A program made the position numbers and the translations under genes. The notes below the pieces were generated by a model that saw nothing but the letters and a program-made list of their open reading frames with translations, had not been told where the DNA came from and searched no databases. A DNA stretch of 64,000 nucleotides from a virus: positions 38,558-102,557 of IMG/VR virus record IMGVR_UViG_3300023171_000008. One strand, 5' to 3'. Below, in pieces: positions 1-10,525 of this stretch (position 1 is its first letter; each line of letters opens with the position of its first letter).

Positions 1-552
1 ATCTAATTTAACTGCTGGATCAAATTTAGTTAAATCTTTAGTAGATGATAATTGTAATCCTGCATTTAAACTAAATACTCTTTCTTTAGGTTTAGGTATA
101 TTTACTGGTACAATTAAAGTTTTAGATTTAATTGTATAATCAGGTTTAATATCTAATAGTTTACCTTGTGTTTTAGCTTTAATAACTATCTTAACATTGT
201 CATCTTCAAATGGAGTTTCATAATCATTAATAGTAATAGCATCACTATATAACTTTAATTGACTATTTTCTTTCTTAACTAAATCAGTTTCATTCTGTAA
301 AGCTAAATACTTTTCCATTAATTCTTGATTAACTTGTGGAATAGTTATAACTGTATCTCTCCATTTAATAACTGTTTTTAAAGTAGTACTTTGAGGAGTT
401 AATACTTGTGGTGAGTCAAAATGACCTTTGACTTCAGGAGTTGTTACTGTAACTGTAGTAGGAACTACTTCACATGTTTTAGTACATCTTCCTATACTAA
501 ATGAAGTTATTAATAATATAATTAGTCCTAATATATATAAATTTCTATTCAT
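1..552 (-). CDS. Membrane-anchored lysis-module protein (spanin-like), 3' end beyond window
   Basis: ATG at 552, open to position 1: MNRNLYILGLIILLITSFSIGRCTKTCEVVPTT...; N-terminal TM segment; directly downstream of the endolysin. Absent from the ORF track because it is partial. Confidence 0.6.
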   Translation of the reverse strand, partial: MNRNLYILGLIILLITSFSIGRCTKTCEVVPTTVTVTTPEVKGHFDSPQVLTPQSTTLKTVIKWRDTVITIPQVNQELMEKYLALQNETDLVKKENSQLKLYSDAITINDYETPFEDDNVKIVIKAKTQGKLLDIKPDYTIKSKTLIVPVNIPKPKERVFSLNAGLQLSSTKDLTKFDPAVKLD

Positions 553-554
553 AA

Positions 555-977
555 TTATAATTTTAATTCAAAATGTGGTTTGTCAATTATGCTTTTCCAT
601 GACCCACCCCACTCTACTTTTATTCCTAAACATTTAGCAGTTGCTAATATATGAGCAGCTATTACTTTAAGATTATCTCCTTTATCATTTAAATCTAAAG
701 ATCCATTTACAAAAGGATATAAATCTACTGCATATCCATAACCATCTGCTTTAACTTGATGATTTGATTTATTTTTAATTCCATCAGCTTTTGTAACTAT
801 TGGACCTTTAGTAGTTCTACCTTTAGCATATAATTCCTGCTGTTCTTTAGTAGTACGTACTCCATTAGTTAATGTAAAGTCTACAGGTGTATTTTTAATA
901 GCTTCAGTTAAAACTTTAACTAAACTAGGATGTATTCCTTTTAAAGTATCTAAACTTCTTTGACTAAATTTTGACAT
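555..977 (-). CDS. Endolysin, M15 family L-Ala-D-Glu peptidase
   Basis: Motifs GVRTTKEQQELY, SNHQ, AVDL, WGGSW, DKPHFEL typical of peptidase M15 phage lysins. Confidence 0.9.
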   Translation of the reverse strand: MSKFSQRSLDTLKGIHPSLVKVLTEAIKNTPVDFTLTNGVRTTKEQQELYAKGRTTKGPIVTKADGIKNKSNHQVKADGYGYAVDLYPFVNGSLDLNDKGDNLKVIAAHILATAKCLGIKVEWGGSWKSIIDKPHFELKL

Positions 978-984
978 AATTTTA

Positions 985-1200
985 TTATCTAATTCCTAAT
1001 TCTTTTTGAAGATTAATTAATTCCATTTTCTCACTTTCATAATGATTAATCTTTTGAGATAATACTTGGTTTAAACTGTCAATCTTACAAGTATCTTCAT
1101 AAGTTGCATTATATAATTGTAATTCTACTACTTTACTTCTTGGAGTAAAAGTAAATAAAGCAACTGTTACTATTGATATTATATATCCTATTGTCTTCAT
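985..1200 (-). CDS. Small membrane protein, lysis module
   Basis: N-terminal TM plus coiled coil; adjacent to the endolysin. Confidence 0.5.
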   Translation of the reverse strand: MKTIGYIISIVTVALFTFTPRSKVVELQLYNATYEDTCKIDSLNQVLSQKINHYESEKMELINLQKELGIR

Positions 1201-1550
1201 TGTTTTACTTTTTTATACTTTTTAGTGTAAAATAAAATATCTCTAACTTGTTCTTCATTTTTTTCAACGTATTTAATATGTGCTTCTGTAGTTGCTCTGA
1301 TGATAGAATCTTTGGAATTATTAAGATACTCAAGTCTGCTAATACGGCCATTATAAGATATGATAAGTTCATTCTTTTCTTTAGTAAATTCATTTTTTTG
1401 ATCAATTAATTGATTTTCGTAACTTTTACGACCAAAAAATATTATAAGTCCTGCTATTAATCCCAAAGCTCCAGTTATATAAGCTAACTTTTTTTTATCT
1501 GTTAAACTAATCCATTTATCTAATAAATCAGTAATCCATTTTATTTCCAT
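1197..1550 (-). CDS. Single-TM coiled-coil protein (holin/antiholin candidate)
   Basis: One TM segment followed by coiled coil; ATGA overlap with the next gene. Confidence 0.45.
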   Translation of the reverse strand: MEIKWITDLLDKWISLTDKKKLAYITGALGLIAGLIIFFGRKSYENQLIDQKNEFTKEKNELIISYNGRISRLEYLNNSKDSIIRATTEAHIKYVEKNEEQVRDILFYTKKYKKVKQ

Positions 1551-1915
1551 TTTTTAATAGTATATAATTTATAACTTACTTCAATAATAGCTGCGATAGT
1601 ACTTGAATACAAAATTGCAACTAAAGGTGTTACATACCAGTGATAATAAGCTACAGGATCTAATCCAAATAATTTAGAATATGTATTTAATAGTAATATA
1701 AATATTAAACCATATAATAATCTTTTACTAATCCAATACCAAGTATTACTATTAAGTAACATAAAAATTAATAACATTAGAAGAATTACATTATCTATAA
1801 TGGGTTGCCAAAATAAATATAAATTCCAATTTTTACATGAAAATTTAAATGAAAATATTAATATTAACGTTATTATATAAGGAAATAATTCTCCTAATGT
1901 TATTGTTTTATTCAT
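1541..1915 (-). CDS. Multi-TM membrane protein (holin candidate)
   Basis: About four hydrophobic segments; lysis-module position. Confidence 0.45.
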   Translation of the reverse strand: MNKTITLGELFPYIITLILIFSFKFSCKNWNLYLFWQPIIDNVILLMLLIFMLLNSNTWYWISKRLLYGLIFILLLNTYSKLFGLDPVAYYHWYVTPLVAILYSSTIAAIIEVSYKLYTIKKWK

Positions 1916-1918
1916 ATA

Positions 1919-2137
1919 CTATTTCTTAGGAAACATTGGTTTGTTTGGATTAATTGGTGTTAAACCATCCATTTGCAAATTAGATAAACTAACTATATTA
2001 GGTAAATCTGTTGTAGTATATATTTCTTTAAATATATAATGTTGATCTAAATCATTACTATACGAAGAAGTATATACTTCATTGTTATCATTTGCAAAAT
2101 AAAGTGCTGTATGTTCTGATACTTTTTTAAAATCCAT
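1919..2137 (-). CDS. Hypothetical protein
   Basis: ORF tightly packed within the operon. Confidence 0.5.
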   Translation of the reverse strand: MDFKKVSEHTALYFANDNNEVYTSSYSNDLDQHYIFKEIYTTTDLPNIVSLSNLQMDGLTPINPNKPMFPKK

Positions 2138-2140
2138 TAT

Positions 2141-2566
2141 TTAAATTTGTTTTTTAATTTTTTTAATTAATGATGGTAATCCCCAATATCCAAACGCTAT
2201 TACGAATATAGCTAATCCAGATAATGATACAATACCATAAAGCTTTTCAGGTATTTTCACAAATATAGAAGATAACGAAAACAATCCACTTGTAATTATA
2301 GATGCAATAACTGCACCTTTAATTGTTCTTTCTTCTTCTTGATTAGCTGAATCTCCTGATTGATGATTTTGTCCCTGTAATATATTTATACCTACAGAAG
2401 CACCATATCCAAGTCCTATAGCTACAGCAGAAATTACAAACCATATTGTTATTTTATCTCCTGTAGAACCACCTATACCTATATAGCCTGCACCTGCAAT
2501 AATAAAAATTGCTACCGATACACCTACTAAGTAGTTAACTAAATCTGTTCTTTTAATTGTACTCAT
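2141..2566 (-). CDS. 4-TM membrane protein
   Basis: Four hydrophobic helices and a basic C-terminus. Confidence 0.55.
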   Translation of the reverse strand: MSTIKRTDLVNYLVGVSVAIFIIAGAGYIGIGGSTGDKITIWFVISAVAIGLGYGASVGINILQGQNHQSGDSANQEEERTIKGAVIASIITSGLFSLSSIFVKIPEKLYGIVSLSGLAIFVIAFGYWGLPSLIKKIKKQI

Positions 2567-2575
2567 ATTATAATT

Positions 2576-2905
2576 TTAAGAAATTAAAGTAGGTAAATAA
2601 AATGGTGCTATACTTGTGTATGCTCCACCATAACCTACTGCTTCAAAAGTAATTTGTAAATAAACTGGTTGTAAACTTAAGAGATTTCCTACATTAAAAG
2701 TTGCTACATCTGTACCCACTAAAGTTAAAGTTTGAATTATTGTATTATTTATATCTCTAATTATAAATCTTCGAGCATAGAAATCACTACGAGTAATTAC
2801 TGGATCGCTTATATCATAGTTAGAGGTATCTGTAAGTGTTAATACACTTGATGTAAGAATGCTACCTGAGATAGCTTTTGAAAAAGAAGCATTGAATTGT
2901 GCCAT
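2576..2905 (-). CDS. Putative virion protein
   Basis: Beta-rich; LTLTDTSNYD motif; in the tail gene cluster. Confidence 0.45.
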   Translation of the reverse strand: MAQFNASFSKAISGSILTSSVLTLTDTSNYDISDPVITRSDFYARRFIIRDINNTIIQTLTLVGTDVATFNVGNLLSLQPVYLQITFEAVGYGGAYTSIAPFYLPTLIS

Positions 2906-2926
2906 TTGTATAAAAAGAATTATTGG

Positions 2927-3385
2927 TTAACGTATTGCTGTGTAAAAATATGTGGCTAAACCTGCCAAAGGCAAACTTCTATAATTAACGGTAAATGTTG
3001 TAGCGTTTATATTACTTATCCATCTATCGCCTATTGCTCCTTGTTGTGATAATGCCTCTAATAATATTCCTGAAGGTATATAAGGTAATCCGTGAGAAAC
3101 AGTATAAGTTAAAGTTAGTAAAGCTACAGTAATACTAAAAGTTCCAGTTGAGTAATTATTATTTCTCATTCTTGTCCATCTACCTACGCTCATACCAGAT
3201 ACTTGAATGTAGTTAATTCCATCTGCTGTATTGACAGCCGTAGAAGACCATCTATAATTTCCTCCACCTCTATCGTCTGGATTTACACCATACGCAACAT
3301 AGACTACCACTCCTTCTGTACCTGCTTGTAAAGCTAAATCTGCAAGGCTATCAAAAGCCTGTCCTGTCATTGTAATATAAGCCAT
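2927..3385 (-). CDS. Small tail fibre/tailspike-related protein
   Basis: Tailspike-N-like segment (DRGGGNYRW...ADG...GRWTR) plus C-terminal HGL.YIP domain resembling the end of 3389..7132. Confidence 0.6.
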   Translation of the reverse strand: MAYITMTGQAFDSLADLALQAGTEGVVVYVAYGVNPDDRGGGNYRWSSTAVNTADGINYIQVSGMSVGRWTRMRNNNYSTGTFSITVALLTLTYTVSHGLPYIPSGILLEALSQQGAIGDRWISNINATTFTVNYRSLPLAGLATYFYTAIR

Positions 3386-3388
3386 ATT

Positions 3389-6300
3389 TTATTTAAAAGC
3401 TATCCAACCCCAAGATAGATTATTAGTTCCAGATGCAGGGGCTACGCTATAAGTTATTATAATGTTTGTTGCATCCCATGTTACAAATTGAATTCCTGCT
3501 GAAGCAGCATTTTTTGCATCTGCTCTTGCGTAAGTTGGTGTTACTCCTAATCCATGAGGAATATTATATGTAATAGTACTTCCTCCAACTCCACTTTGAG
3601 TATTTGTTCCTTTTGTATTTAAACCATCTACATAACCTTTATTTGCAGCTTGTGTTGCTGTTGTAGGAGTTGGTACTATAGGACTAAAAGTAAATGTTCC
3701 TACACCTGTAGTCCTGTCAAAAGATAACCAAGTAGCTGAAAGGTCATAACTTTGTATAGCTAAATTACTTGTTGTATTAGAAGGCCTTAAGCTGTTAAAA
3801 TAACCACTTGTAGCAAAAATACGCATTGCTCTGTTTGTTACTCCCCCTATACTTATTGTATTATCCCCACTAAATACTAAAGTACTACCAATTGTAAAAC
3901 CACTACTAAAAGTGTTCATTGCAGTCCACGTATTAGTAGAAGCTAAAGTACCCTTTAAATTTAAAGCAGTTAGAATATTACCACTACTTAGTAAATTAGT
4001 GCTTGATGCAGTAGGTACACTATCCGTTAACACAGAAATTACAGAACCTGTTACATCTATAGGAGTAGTTCCTGTATAAGTAGTTCCTCCTCCACCTCCT
4101 GAAATTGTACCTAAATCCGCATAACCATCTACACCTGTATTAAATGTAGAACCATTAACTTTAACTCCTATAGTTAAGTTACCTGGACTTGTAGGTATAC
4201 TTAATGCAGGAGATGTACTATTTAAAACTGTTTGTAAAGTAGTGCTTTTATAATCATAATCGTAACGCCTGTCAGGAGAACCGCCTGAGTAATAATAACC
4301 CCCGTTACCTGTAGGTGTTACGGCTTGAAAATTAGTAAAATCATTGTATTTAACAATATACAATTTACCATTAACCGAGTTTAATTCTTCATTTAAATAA
4401 ATAAAACCCTCTTTAGAAATACTATTGTTGTCAGTAATTCTCGTTGTTGTTGAGCCTGAAAAATTACTAATAGGTACACTTTCTTTTACAGTTAAATCAG
4501 ATGTATCTATGCGTATTAACAAATGATTTGTTGTCGTGCCTGCTGTTGCTGTATGTATAATTAATTGACCTTGAAACAAACCTATCCAGTGAGGGTAAAT
4601 AGTCATTCCTGACGTTGCTCCGGTGCTTACCCTTGTACTTGGCATGTTTCTAACTAACTTACCACTTATAGCGTTATAAACATCTAAACCTATAAAGTTA
4701 TTTAATATATCAGTAGTCCCTGTGGTATATGTGGGGATATAAATATCTCCTTTGTATAAACAAAACGGTACACTTGATAAAAGTCTTTTAGTTGATCCTG
4801 TGCTTAAAGTTGACGATAATATAGTTAAATTATCAAGATTTAAATCAGTTCTAACTAATGAACCACCTGTAGTTGATGACGTAGATAAAACTGAAAATAC
4901 ACCATCATCTGAAACTTGTATATCTCCTGTACTTCCAGCAATTCCTGTTAACTCAATAACTTTAAAATCGTTTAAATTATAAGGATTTATTTTTATTAGT
5001 TGCGTTTTAGCTAATGCCGCATCTACTCCAAGTCTTGTATTCATATACAAATACTCTTTGTAAAACCTGCAACCATGAACTGCATACATATTGTTGCCTG
5101 AATCTCTGTAAACTAAATCTGTATATTCTTTGTAGTCGAAATCAATAATTTTTATAACTCCATCCTGCATGTCTGCTTTTAAAATAAGCACATACAAATT
5201 AGCACCTGTAGTATAACTGGTAGTACCATGTATAATTATATCATTACCATTTACATAAACCCAATTAGTTAATAGTCTTGGATATGTAGCGCGACTTGGA
5301 ACGTAAGGGGTAATATCTAAATATCTTTCTACTCCATCGCTGCCAATATAATACATACTACGCCCATCAAATAAATTGTTAGGCACGTCATATTTAAATA
5401 AACTGTTTGCGATAAATAAATCATCTGATAACCCTGTGTGTCCTGTGATATCTTCAAGTAAAGCTATCTCTCCGTCTTTATCAGGTAAATAATAATCATG
5501 CGATTCAGTCATTAAAGATCTGCTTAAACCTACAGCAATTCCAGTTTTATCACCAAAAAGAAATCTTGTTCCGTTGTCAGATAAAGAAGATAAATAATCT
5601 GTGCCATCTGTAAAATTAATAGTAGCCCCTGAAGCTCCATAATCAATATTTACATCCCCAGTAACAGGATTGTCTTCTGTAGTACCTGTAATTGGTATAA
5701 ACTGACTGCCTAATTGAGTATCTAAATCAATATTACCGTTTAAATCTGCTTCTACACCATTTACGGTTAAAGCATTATATTTCCCGTTTACCTTAAAATC
5801 AGGCTGTGATATATCTAAATTAAATTCGTCGTTGAAACTAAAAATAGCCTGGTCAGCAGGATTGCCTCCTTTAAATATAGCAGCTCTTTCATTATCGAAT
5901 ATTATGTCATTATTATTACCTGTATGATTTCCGTTGCTTAAAACGCTCTCAAGGTTTTGTGATACTCCACTCCCAGATATTGTTAAAGGTATTACACCAT
6001 TAGTCCCTGCTCTTACAGCAATGGCACCATTTACAGAAATACCTAAAGCTAAAGTATTATTAACAATTTCTGAGTTAGGTAGTTCATAAAACTTAGCTGT
6101 TCCTGTTAAGTTGTTAGAACCTATTTTACCCTGTACTCCTGTAGGACTTGTTTTTAAAGTTAGTCCTGAAGTATCTAACGTACCTGAAACTGTATTTGCT
6201 CCTCCTGTATACGATACATTAACTGCTCCTGTAGTTATTATTGTTTTACCTGAAGGTGCAATTAGATTTATAGAATTATTAGCAGTATTACCTAAAGCAA

Positions 6301-7132
6301 GAACACTTGCTAAATCCTGCCCTGGACTAACTTCACTATTTGTACTTGTTGCAAAATCTTCTGTAACTAATTGTTCTCCTGACCCTCCATATATACCATT
6401 TTCTCCTATAAACTGAACTAAATATAATACCCCTTCTTGTGTATAGCTGAAGTAATATATTAATTCATCATTAGATAAATCTCTTGAAACACTATTTGCT
6501 GCTGTTACATAATCTCCATCAGCTAATTCTCCTAAAGATATAGTACGAGTATTAGGGTCATTCGTAACATCTTCTACAGTAGTTGCATTAGAACTAAGTA
6601 ATTTAAACATTGATGCACTTGTAGCTGTTCCTGTAGGGTTTATACCTGTACTATTTCCCCATACCCCCGTACCACCTATAAACGCATATACTAAACGATT
6701 ACTATTACCATTAGCTAAATTTTCAGTAACTTGTATATATACAGGTTTAGTAGTTTCTGTAACTGTAAATGAACCATTAGGTATTCTATTATTTTGATTT
6801 ATAAAAGTTTGGATATTATTACCAACAGTAGTATTAAATTGAGCGGTATAATTTACAAATAAACCAGTATGATTAATAATAGGTTTTTTTGCTACTAAAT
6901 TAATATCTTCTATTCCATTTTCAAACCAATATTCAACTACATGACCCCCTATAAAATATAATCCAGAAGAATCATAAATAGGATTCTCTACAATAAGAAC
7001 AGTTCTACCTACCTCTCTTAAATTAGCTGTTGCTGTTAATGCATCTTGTATAGTTGCATAAGGACCTTTTTGTTTATCAGCACTTGCATTAGGATTTACT
7101 ACTTTTAATTTTTCTGTTATTTCAAAAGCCAT
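3389..7132 (-). CDS. Large tail fibre / receptor-binding protein (1247 aa)
   Basis: G/T/S/N-rich; repeated Q.L.SVL..GN and VNG...G.I.L fibre motifs; AANKGYVD motif; central beta-propeller-like region. Confidence 0.75.
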   Translation of the reverse strand: MAFEITEKLKVVNPNASADKQKGPYATIQDALTATANLREVGRTVLIVENPIYDSSGLYFIGGHVVEYWFENGIEDINLVAKKPIINHTGLFVNYTAQFNTTVGNNIQTFINQNNRIPNGSFTVTETTKPVYIQVTENLANGNSNRLVYAFIGGTGVWGNSTGINPTGTATSASMFKLLSSNATTVEDVTNDPNTRTISLGELADGDYVTAANSVSRDLSNDELIYYFSYTQEGVLYLVQFIGENGIYGGSGEQLVTEDFATSTNSEVSPGQDLASVLALGNTANNSINLIAPSGKTIITTGAVNVSYTGGANTVSGTLDTSGLTLKTSPTGVQGKIGSNNLTGTAKFYELPNSEIVNNTLALGISVNGAIAVRAGTNGVIPLTISGSGVSQNLESVLSNGNHTGNNNDIIFDNERAAIFKGGNPADQAIFSFNDEFNLDISQPDFKVNGKYNALTVNGVEADLNGNIDLDTQLGSQFIPITGTTEDNPVTGDVNIDYGASGATINFTDGTDYLSSLSDNGTRFLFGDKTGIAVGLSRSLMTESHDYYLPDKDGEIALLEDITGHTGLSDDLFIANSLFKYDVPNNLFDGRSMYYIGSDGVERYLDITPYVPSRATYPRLLTNWVYVNGNDIIIHGTTSYTTGANLYVLILKADMQDGVIKIIDFDYKEYTDLVYRDSGNNMYAVHGCRFYKEYLYMNTRLGVDAALAKTQLIKINPYNLNDFKVIELTGIAGSTGDIQVSDDGVFSVLSTSSTTGGSLVRTDLNLDNLTILSSTLSTGSTKRLLSSVPFCLYKGDIYIPTYTTGTTDILNNFIGLDVYNAISGKLVRNMPSTRVSTGATSGMTIYPHWIGLFQGQLIIHTATAGTTTNHLLIRIDTSDLTVKESVPISNFSGSTTTRITDNNSISKEGFIYLNEELNSVNGKLYIVKYNDFTNFQAVTPTGNGGYYYSGGSPDRRYDYDYKSTTLQTVLNSTSPALSIPTSPGNLTIGVKVNGSTFNTGVDGYADLGTISGGGGGTTYTGTTPIDVTGSVISVLTDSVPTASSTNLLSSGNILTALNLKGTLASTNTWTAMNTFSSGFTIGSTLVFSGDNTISIGGVTNRAMRIFATSGYFNSLRPSNTTSNLAIQSYDLSATWLSFDRTTGVGTFTFSPIVPTPTTATQAANKGYVDGLNTKGTNTQSGVGGSTITYNIPHGLGVTPTYARADAKNAASAGIQFVTWDATNIIITYSVAPASGTNNLSWGWIAFK

Positions 7133-7133
7133 A

Positions 7134-8756
7134 TTAAGATATTGTTACATTGATTGTATAATTGTTACTAAACGGTACAGCATTCTGTAAAGTATAATAT
7201 TTATATGATACTGAAGTGTTAGCAGCATCTGGTACAGTAGTAACTGAATTATCTAATGTAAAAGTTAAAAATTCATTAGTACCTGTATTCTGAGCTGAAA
7301 CTAGTGTTTTAGTAGAAGGTATTGCAATTACAAATCTTCTATTAGTTGTTCCTGTAGTAAAACTAAATGTATTACTTGAATTTACTACAGAAGAAGATAA
7401 TAATGCAGTTCTTAAATTAGTTCCATTAGTAGGGAAAGCACTTACGCTTCCACCATATTTTCTATATAATCCCATAATTGTTTGTTCTGGAGAATTAGTT
7501 GAACCTGAAGGTATTCTTCCTGTACAGTTTTGTTGACCTAAGTTATCATTTAAACAACTACCTTGTGCATAAAATACTTTACCTGAATATATAGTCGTTC
7601 CATTAGGAACTGTAAGTGTTTCAGTAAATGTACTTGCTGTAGATACAGTATTAGCATTTTTATATATTATTTGGCTAGTTGGATTACCACCATTATTTTG
7701 AGTATAAAATTGACTAATATTAACTCCTACAGAAGTACCTACTTCATAACTATTAAATACATTAGGATTTGATTGAATATAAGATACTGGAGTTACATAT
7801 GTAGGATTTTGTCTTAATAAATCATATATATTACCTATATCATCGTTAGCTACTATATCTGTTAGATAAGTATGTTCTGCTTCTTGTAAATGCCATTGCC
7901 CTCCTAAAGGGTTTAATATTTGAGCATGAGTAGTAGCGTGTGGATTTGCACCAGTTATTTGAGAATGAGTATATGCTGTTTGTGTATAATCTCCTCTACC
8001 TGCTGTAGAAGAAGTTGTACCTAATACTAAACCGCTTCCTATTTGTACATAAGTTGTACCACTCCATCTATAAGCTGTACTTGTATCTGCAGCTACATAT
8101 ATAATATCGGGTTGTCCTGTAGCAGGAAAGTTAGGTCTAGTAGGATATTCTTGAACTTGATCTATATAACTTGGTAATTGAGCTTCAGGAACTTTACCGT
8201 TAACTAAATCTGCTTTAGTTGATAGTTTTGCATCAAGATGTATCTTTTGAACGTAATCTAAGCTCTGTATTCCACTGGAATGGTCTATAGTAGAACTAAT
8301 ACCTCTTGTAGTACTATCTATTGTTATAGCTCCTATATTAGCTTTACCAGCTCCTGTAATAGTTGATTTAGAAGTACCTGTTGCATCTTTTATATTAAGT
8401 GTCCAAATTCCAGATGTTTTAATTAATTCTAAAGATTGTGGTTCTGATCCAGCTTTAAATATTACATTTCCTGTTACTGGTTGTGATTGAGTAGTACCTG
8501 TTAAAGGAATATAATCTGCATTAATATCATTAACATCTATTGTTTTAAGAACTAAATCAGCATCTGCAATACCATCTTTAAACCAGTATTCTACAGCACT
8601 TCCATTTTCCATTATTACTACAGTTCTACCTTCTTTACGTAAGTTTGCTGTAGCTACTAAAGCTTCTGATATTGAGTTATAAGGACCTTTTAAAGCATCT
8701 ACATCTGTAGAGGGATTTACTATTTTTACCTGTGTGGTTAAATCAAATGTTGGCAT
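7134..8756 (-). CDS. Tail fibre protein
   Basis: KADLVNGKVPEAQLPSYID...FPATG...IYVAADT...YRWSG fibre module; N-terminus paralogous to 3389..7132. Confidence 0.75.
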   Translation of the reverse strand: MPTFDLTTQVKIVNPSTDVDALKGPYNSISEALVATANLRKEGRTVVIMENGSAVEYWFKDGIADADLVLKTIDVNDINADYIPLTGTTQSQPVTGNVIFKAGSEPQSLELIKTSGIWTLNIKDATGTSKSTITGAGKANIGAITIDSTTRGISSTIDHSSGIQSLDYVQKIHLDAKLSTKADLVNGKVPEAQLPSYIDQVQEYPTRPNFPATGQPDIIYVAADTSTAYRWSGTTYVQIGSGLVLGTTSSTAGRGDYTQTAYTHSQITGANPHATTHAQILNPLGGQWHLQEAEHTYLTDIVANDDIGNIYDLLRQNPTYVTPVSYIQSNPNVFNSYEVGTSVGVNISQFYTQNNGGNPTSQIIYKNANTVSTASTFTETLTVPNGTTIYSGKVFYAQGSCLNDNLGQQNCTGRIPSGSTNSPEQTIMGLYRKYGGSVSAFPTNGTNLRTALLSSSVVNSSNTFSFTTGTTNRRFVIAIPSTKTLVSAQNTGTNEFLTFTLDNSVTTVPDAANTSVSYKYYTLQNAVPFSNNYTINVTIS

Positions 8757-8757
8757 A

Positions 8758-9597
8758 TTATATTATTGTTACGTTTAAAGTATAGTTTGAACTGAATGGA
8801 ACTGCATTTTCTAAAACATAAACTTTATAAGCCTGATTTGTACCACTTGCATCTGGAATAAAGCTAATAGTATTATATGTTATAAAATTTAAAAATTCGT
8901 TTGTTCCTGTATTCTGTACTGATATTAATGTTTTATTACCAGGTATAGCTATTAAAAATCTTTTATTGGTAGTACCAGTATTAAATGTAAAATTATTAGC
9001 TGTATTTAAAACTGAACTCGATAATAATTTATTTCTTAATTCTGTTCCACTTATAGGAAAATTATCTATTGATCCACTATATCTTCTTAAGGCTCCTGAT
9101 ATTGTTTTAATTGGAGATATTACAGTTCCTGCTGGTATTTGATTAGTACAATCTATATTACCTAGGTTATTAGTTTTATTACATAATCCCTGACTATAAT
9201 TTACATAACCTCCATATACTACATTTGATGAAGTTATAAATAAATTTTCTGTAAAGGTATTTGTGTTAGTTACAATTGTACCGTTTTTAGTTATAAATTC
9301 AGATGTTTTATTACCTGCATCATTTTTATTAAATGTCTGAGTTATATTAATTACTTGAGTAGACCCTATTTCAAAAGTATTAGAATTAATATTTAAACTA
9401 GAACTTGGTTGTGTATATGAAGGATGTATGATGGAAGCTTGTATTACAGCATCTAATAAATCATATTGACTTTTCTTTAAATGATAAAACTCGTCTGGCT
9501 GTAATCCACCTTGTAATCCTGACAGATCATTATGATCTGTTATACCACCTCCACTACCCGAACCACTATTGGGATATACTATTTTTACATAAGCCAT
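8758..9597 (-). CDS. Tail fibre-related protein
   Basis: DHNDLSGLQGG motif; C-terminal ~220 aa paralogous to the C-terminus of 7134..8756. Confidence 0.7.
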   Translation of the reverse strand: MAYVKIVYPNSGSGSGGGITDHNDLSGLQGGLQPDEFYHLKKSQYDLLDAVIQASIIHPSYTQPSSSLNINSNTFEIGSTQVINITQTFNKNDAGNKTSEFITKNGTIVTNTNTFTENLFITSSNVVYGGYVNYSQGLCNKTNNLGNIDCTNQIPAGTVISPIKTISGALRRYSGSIDNFPISGTELRNKLLSSSVLNTANNFTFNTGTTNKRFLIAIPGNKTLISVQNTGTNEFLNFITYNTISFIPDASGTNQAYKVYVLENAVPFSSNYTLNVTII

Positions 9598-9598
9598 A

Positions 9599-9991
9599 TT
9601 AAGTAGTTTGTATTATATAATTTACAAGAGCTTTACTTCCTAAAGGAACAATAAAGTCTAATTCAAATTGATTTAAATTGGTAAATTCAAGATTGATAGA
9701 AGCACCTTGAGGTATTTCTACATTATCATAAACAATATTACCTCTAACAGCTACTATAGTTATTGCATGAAAAGTATTGGCTGCATAATTAATATTTAAA
9801 TCTTCAGTAATAGCATCATGTGATTCACTAACTAATGTATTATAAGCAATTCCTCCATTATTACAGTTATTTACAGTAGCTATTAATTCTACTAATTTCT
9901 GCATATCTTCTGCTTTTAACTTAGTACAGTCTTGAAAAGCATTTAGTAAATAATTTACTGTATTTGATATTTGATTACATTCTATTGGCAT
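9599..9991 (-). CDS. Putative virion protein
   Basis: Helical N-terminus plus beta-rich C-terminus; structural operon. Confidence 0.45.
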   Translation of the reverse strand: MPIECNQISNTVNYLLNAFQDCTKLKAEDMQKLVELIATVNNCNNGGIAYNTLVSESHDAITEDLNINYAANTFHAITIVAVRGNIVYDNVEIPQGASINLEFTNLNQFELDFIVPLGSKALVNYIIQTT

Positions 9992-10000
9992 AATTAATAT

Positions 10001-10525
10001 TTATTTAGGAATTATAGGTATTGTTGGTTGAGGACATATTATTCTTCTTAATTTCCAACCCGTTGATTCTCTTACACCAGTAATTACTACTGTAAAGGTA
10101 GCTGGAAAAGCTTCTGTTTTATTAAAATAAAGTATACCTCTTCCTGCAGTAGGTTCTTCTGGACTTCTATCAGCTACATCAGATTGAGTAACAATTACTC
10201 TTGCTGTTTCTCCAGTATTTTCAAAAACTGTATTATTATATTGATATATAGGTATAGTTATATCTGTACCTACTAAACCAAAATAATCAGGAGGATTACC
10301 GCGTATACCATCTCCTACATATTTACTATCTTTTATTAATAATCCATTATAATATATTTGAAATCTATCTGGTAAATCATTAGCATCATATTCTACACCT
10401 GTATAACCTGTTCCTGTTCCTATAGTGATGTCTACTTGATATATACCTTTTGATCCATTAAAATCTAAAGATCCACCACAAGCTATTGTAGTGTCTTTTA
10501 ATTTTGTTATTGTCATTGTCGCCAT
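10001..10525 (-). CDS. Putative virion protein (beta-sandwich, PDRFQI motif)
   Basis: YDANDLPDRFQIYYNG...DSKYVG motif; structural operon. Confidence 0.45.
   Translation of the reverse strand: MATMTITKLKDTTIACGGSLDFNGSKGIYQVDITIGTGTGYTGVEYDANDLPDRFQIYYNGLLIKDSKYVGDGIRGNPPDYFGLVGTDITIPIYQYNNTVFENTGETARVIVTQSDVADRSPEEPTAGRGILYFNKTEAFPATFTVVITGVRESTGWKLRRIICPQPTIPIIPK

Noticed and set aside
428-637. Plus-strand ORF, and other antisense or nested ORFs at 1205, 4752, 6111, 22599, 23451, 36986, 42745, 54366, 55665, 58369
   Set aside because: Shadow ORFs overlapping well-supported genes or intron core
3389-9597. Diversity-generating retroelement acting on tail fibres
   Set aside because: No reverse transcriptase in the window; duplications are protein-level paralogy without an evident adenine-specific TR/VR pair
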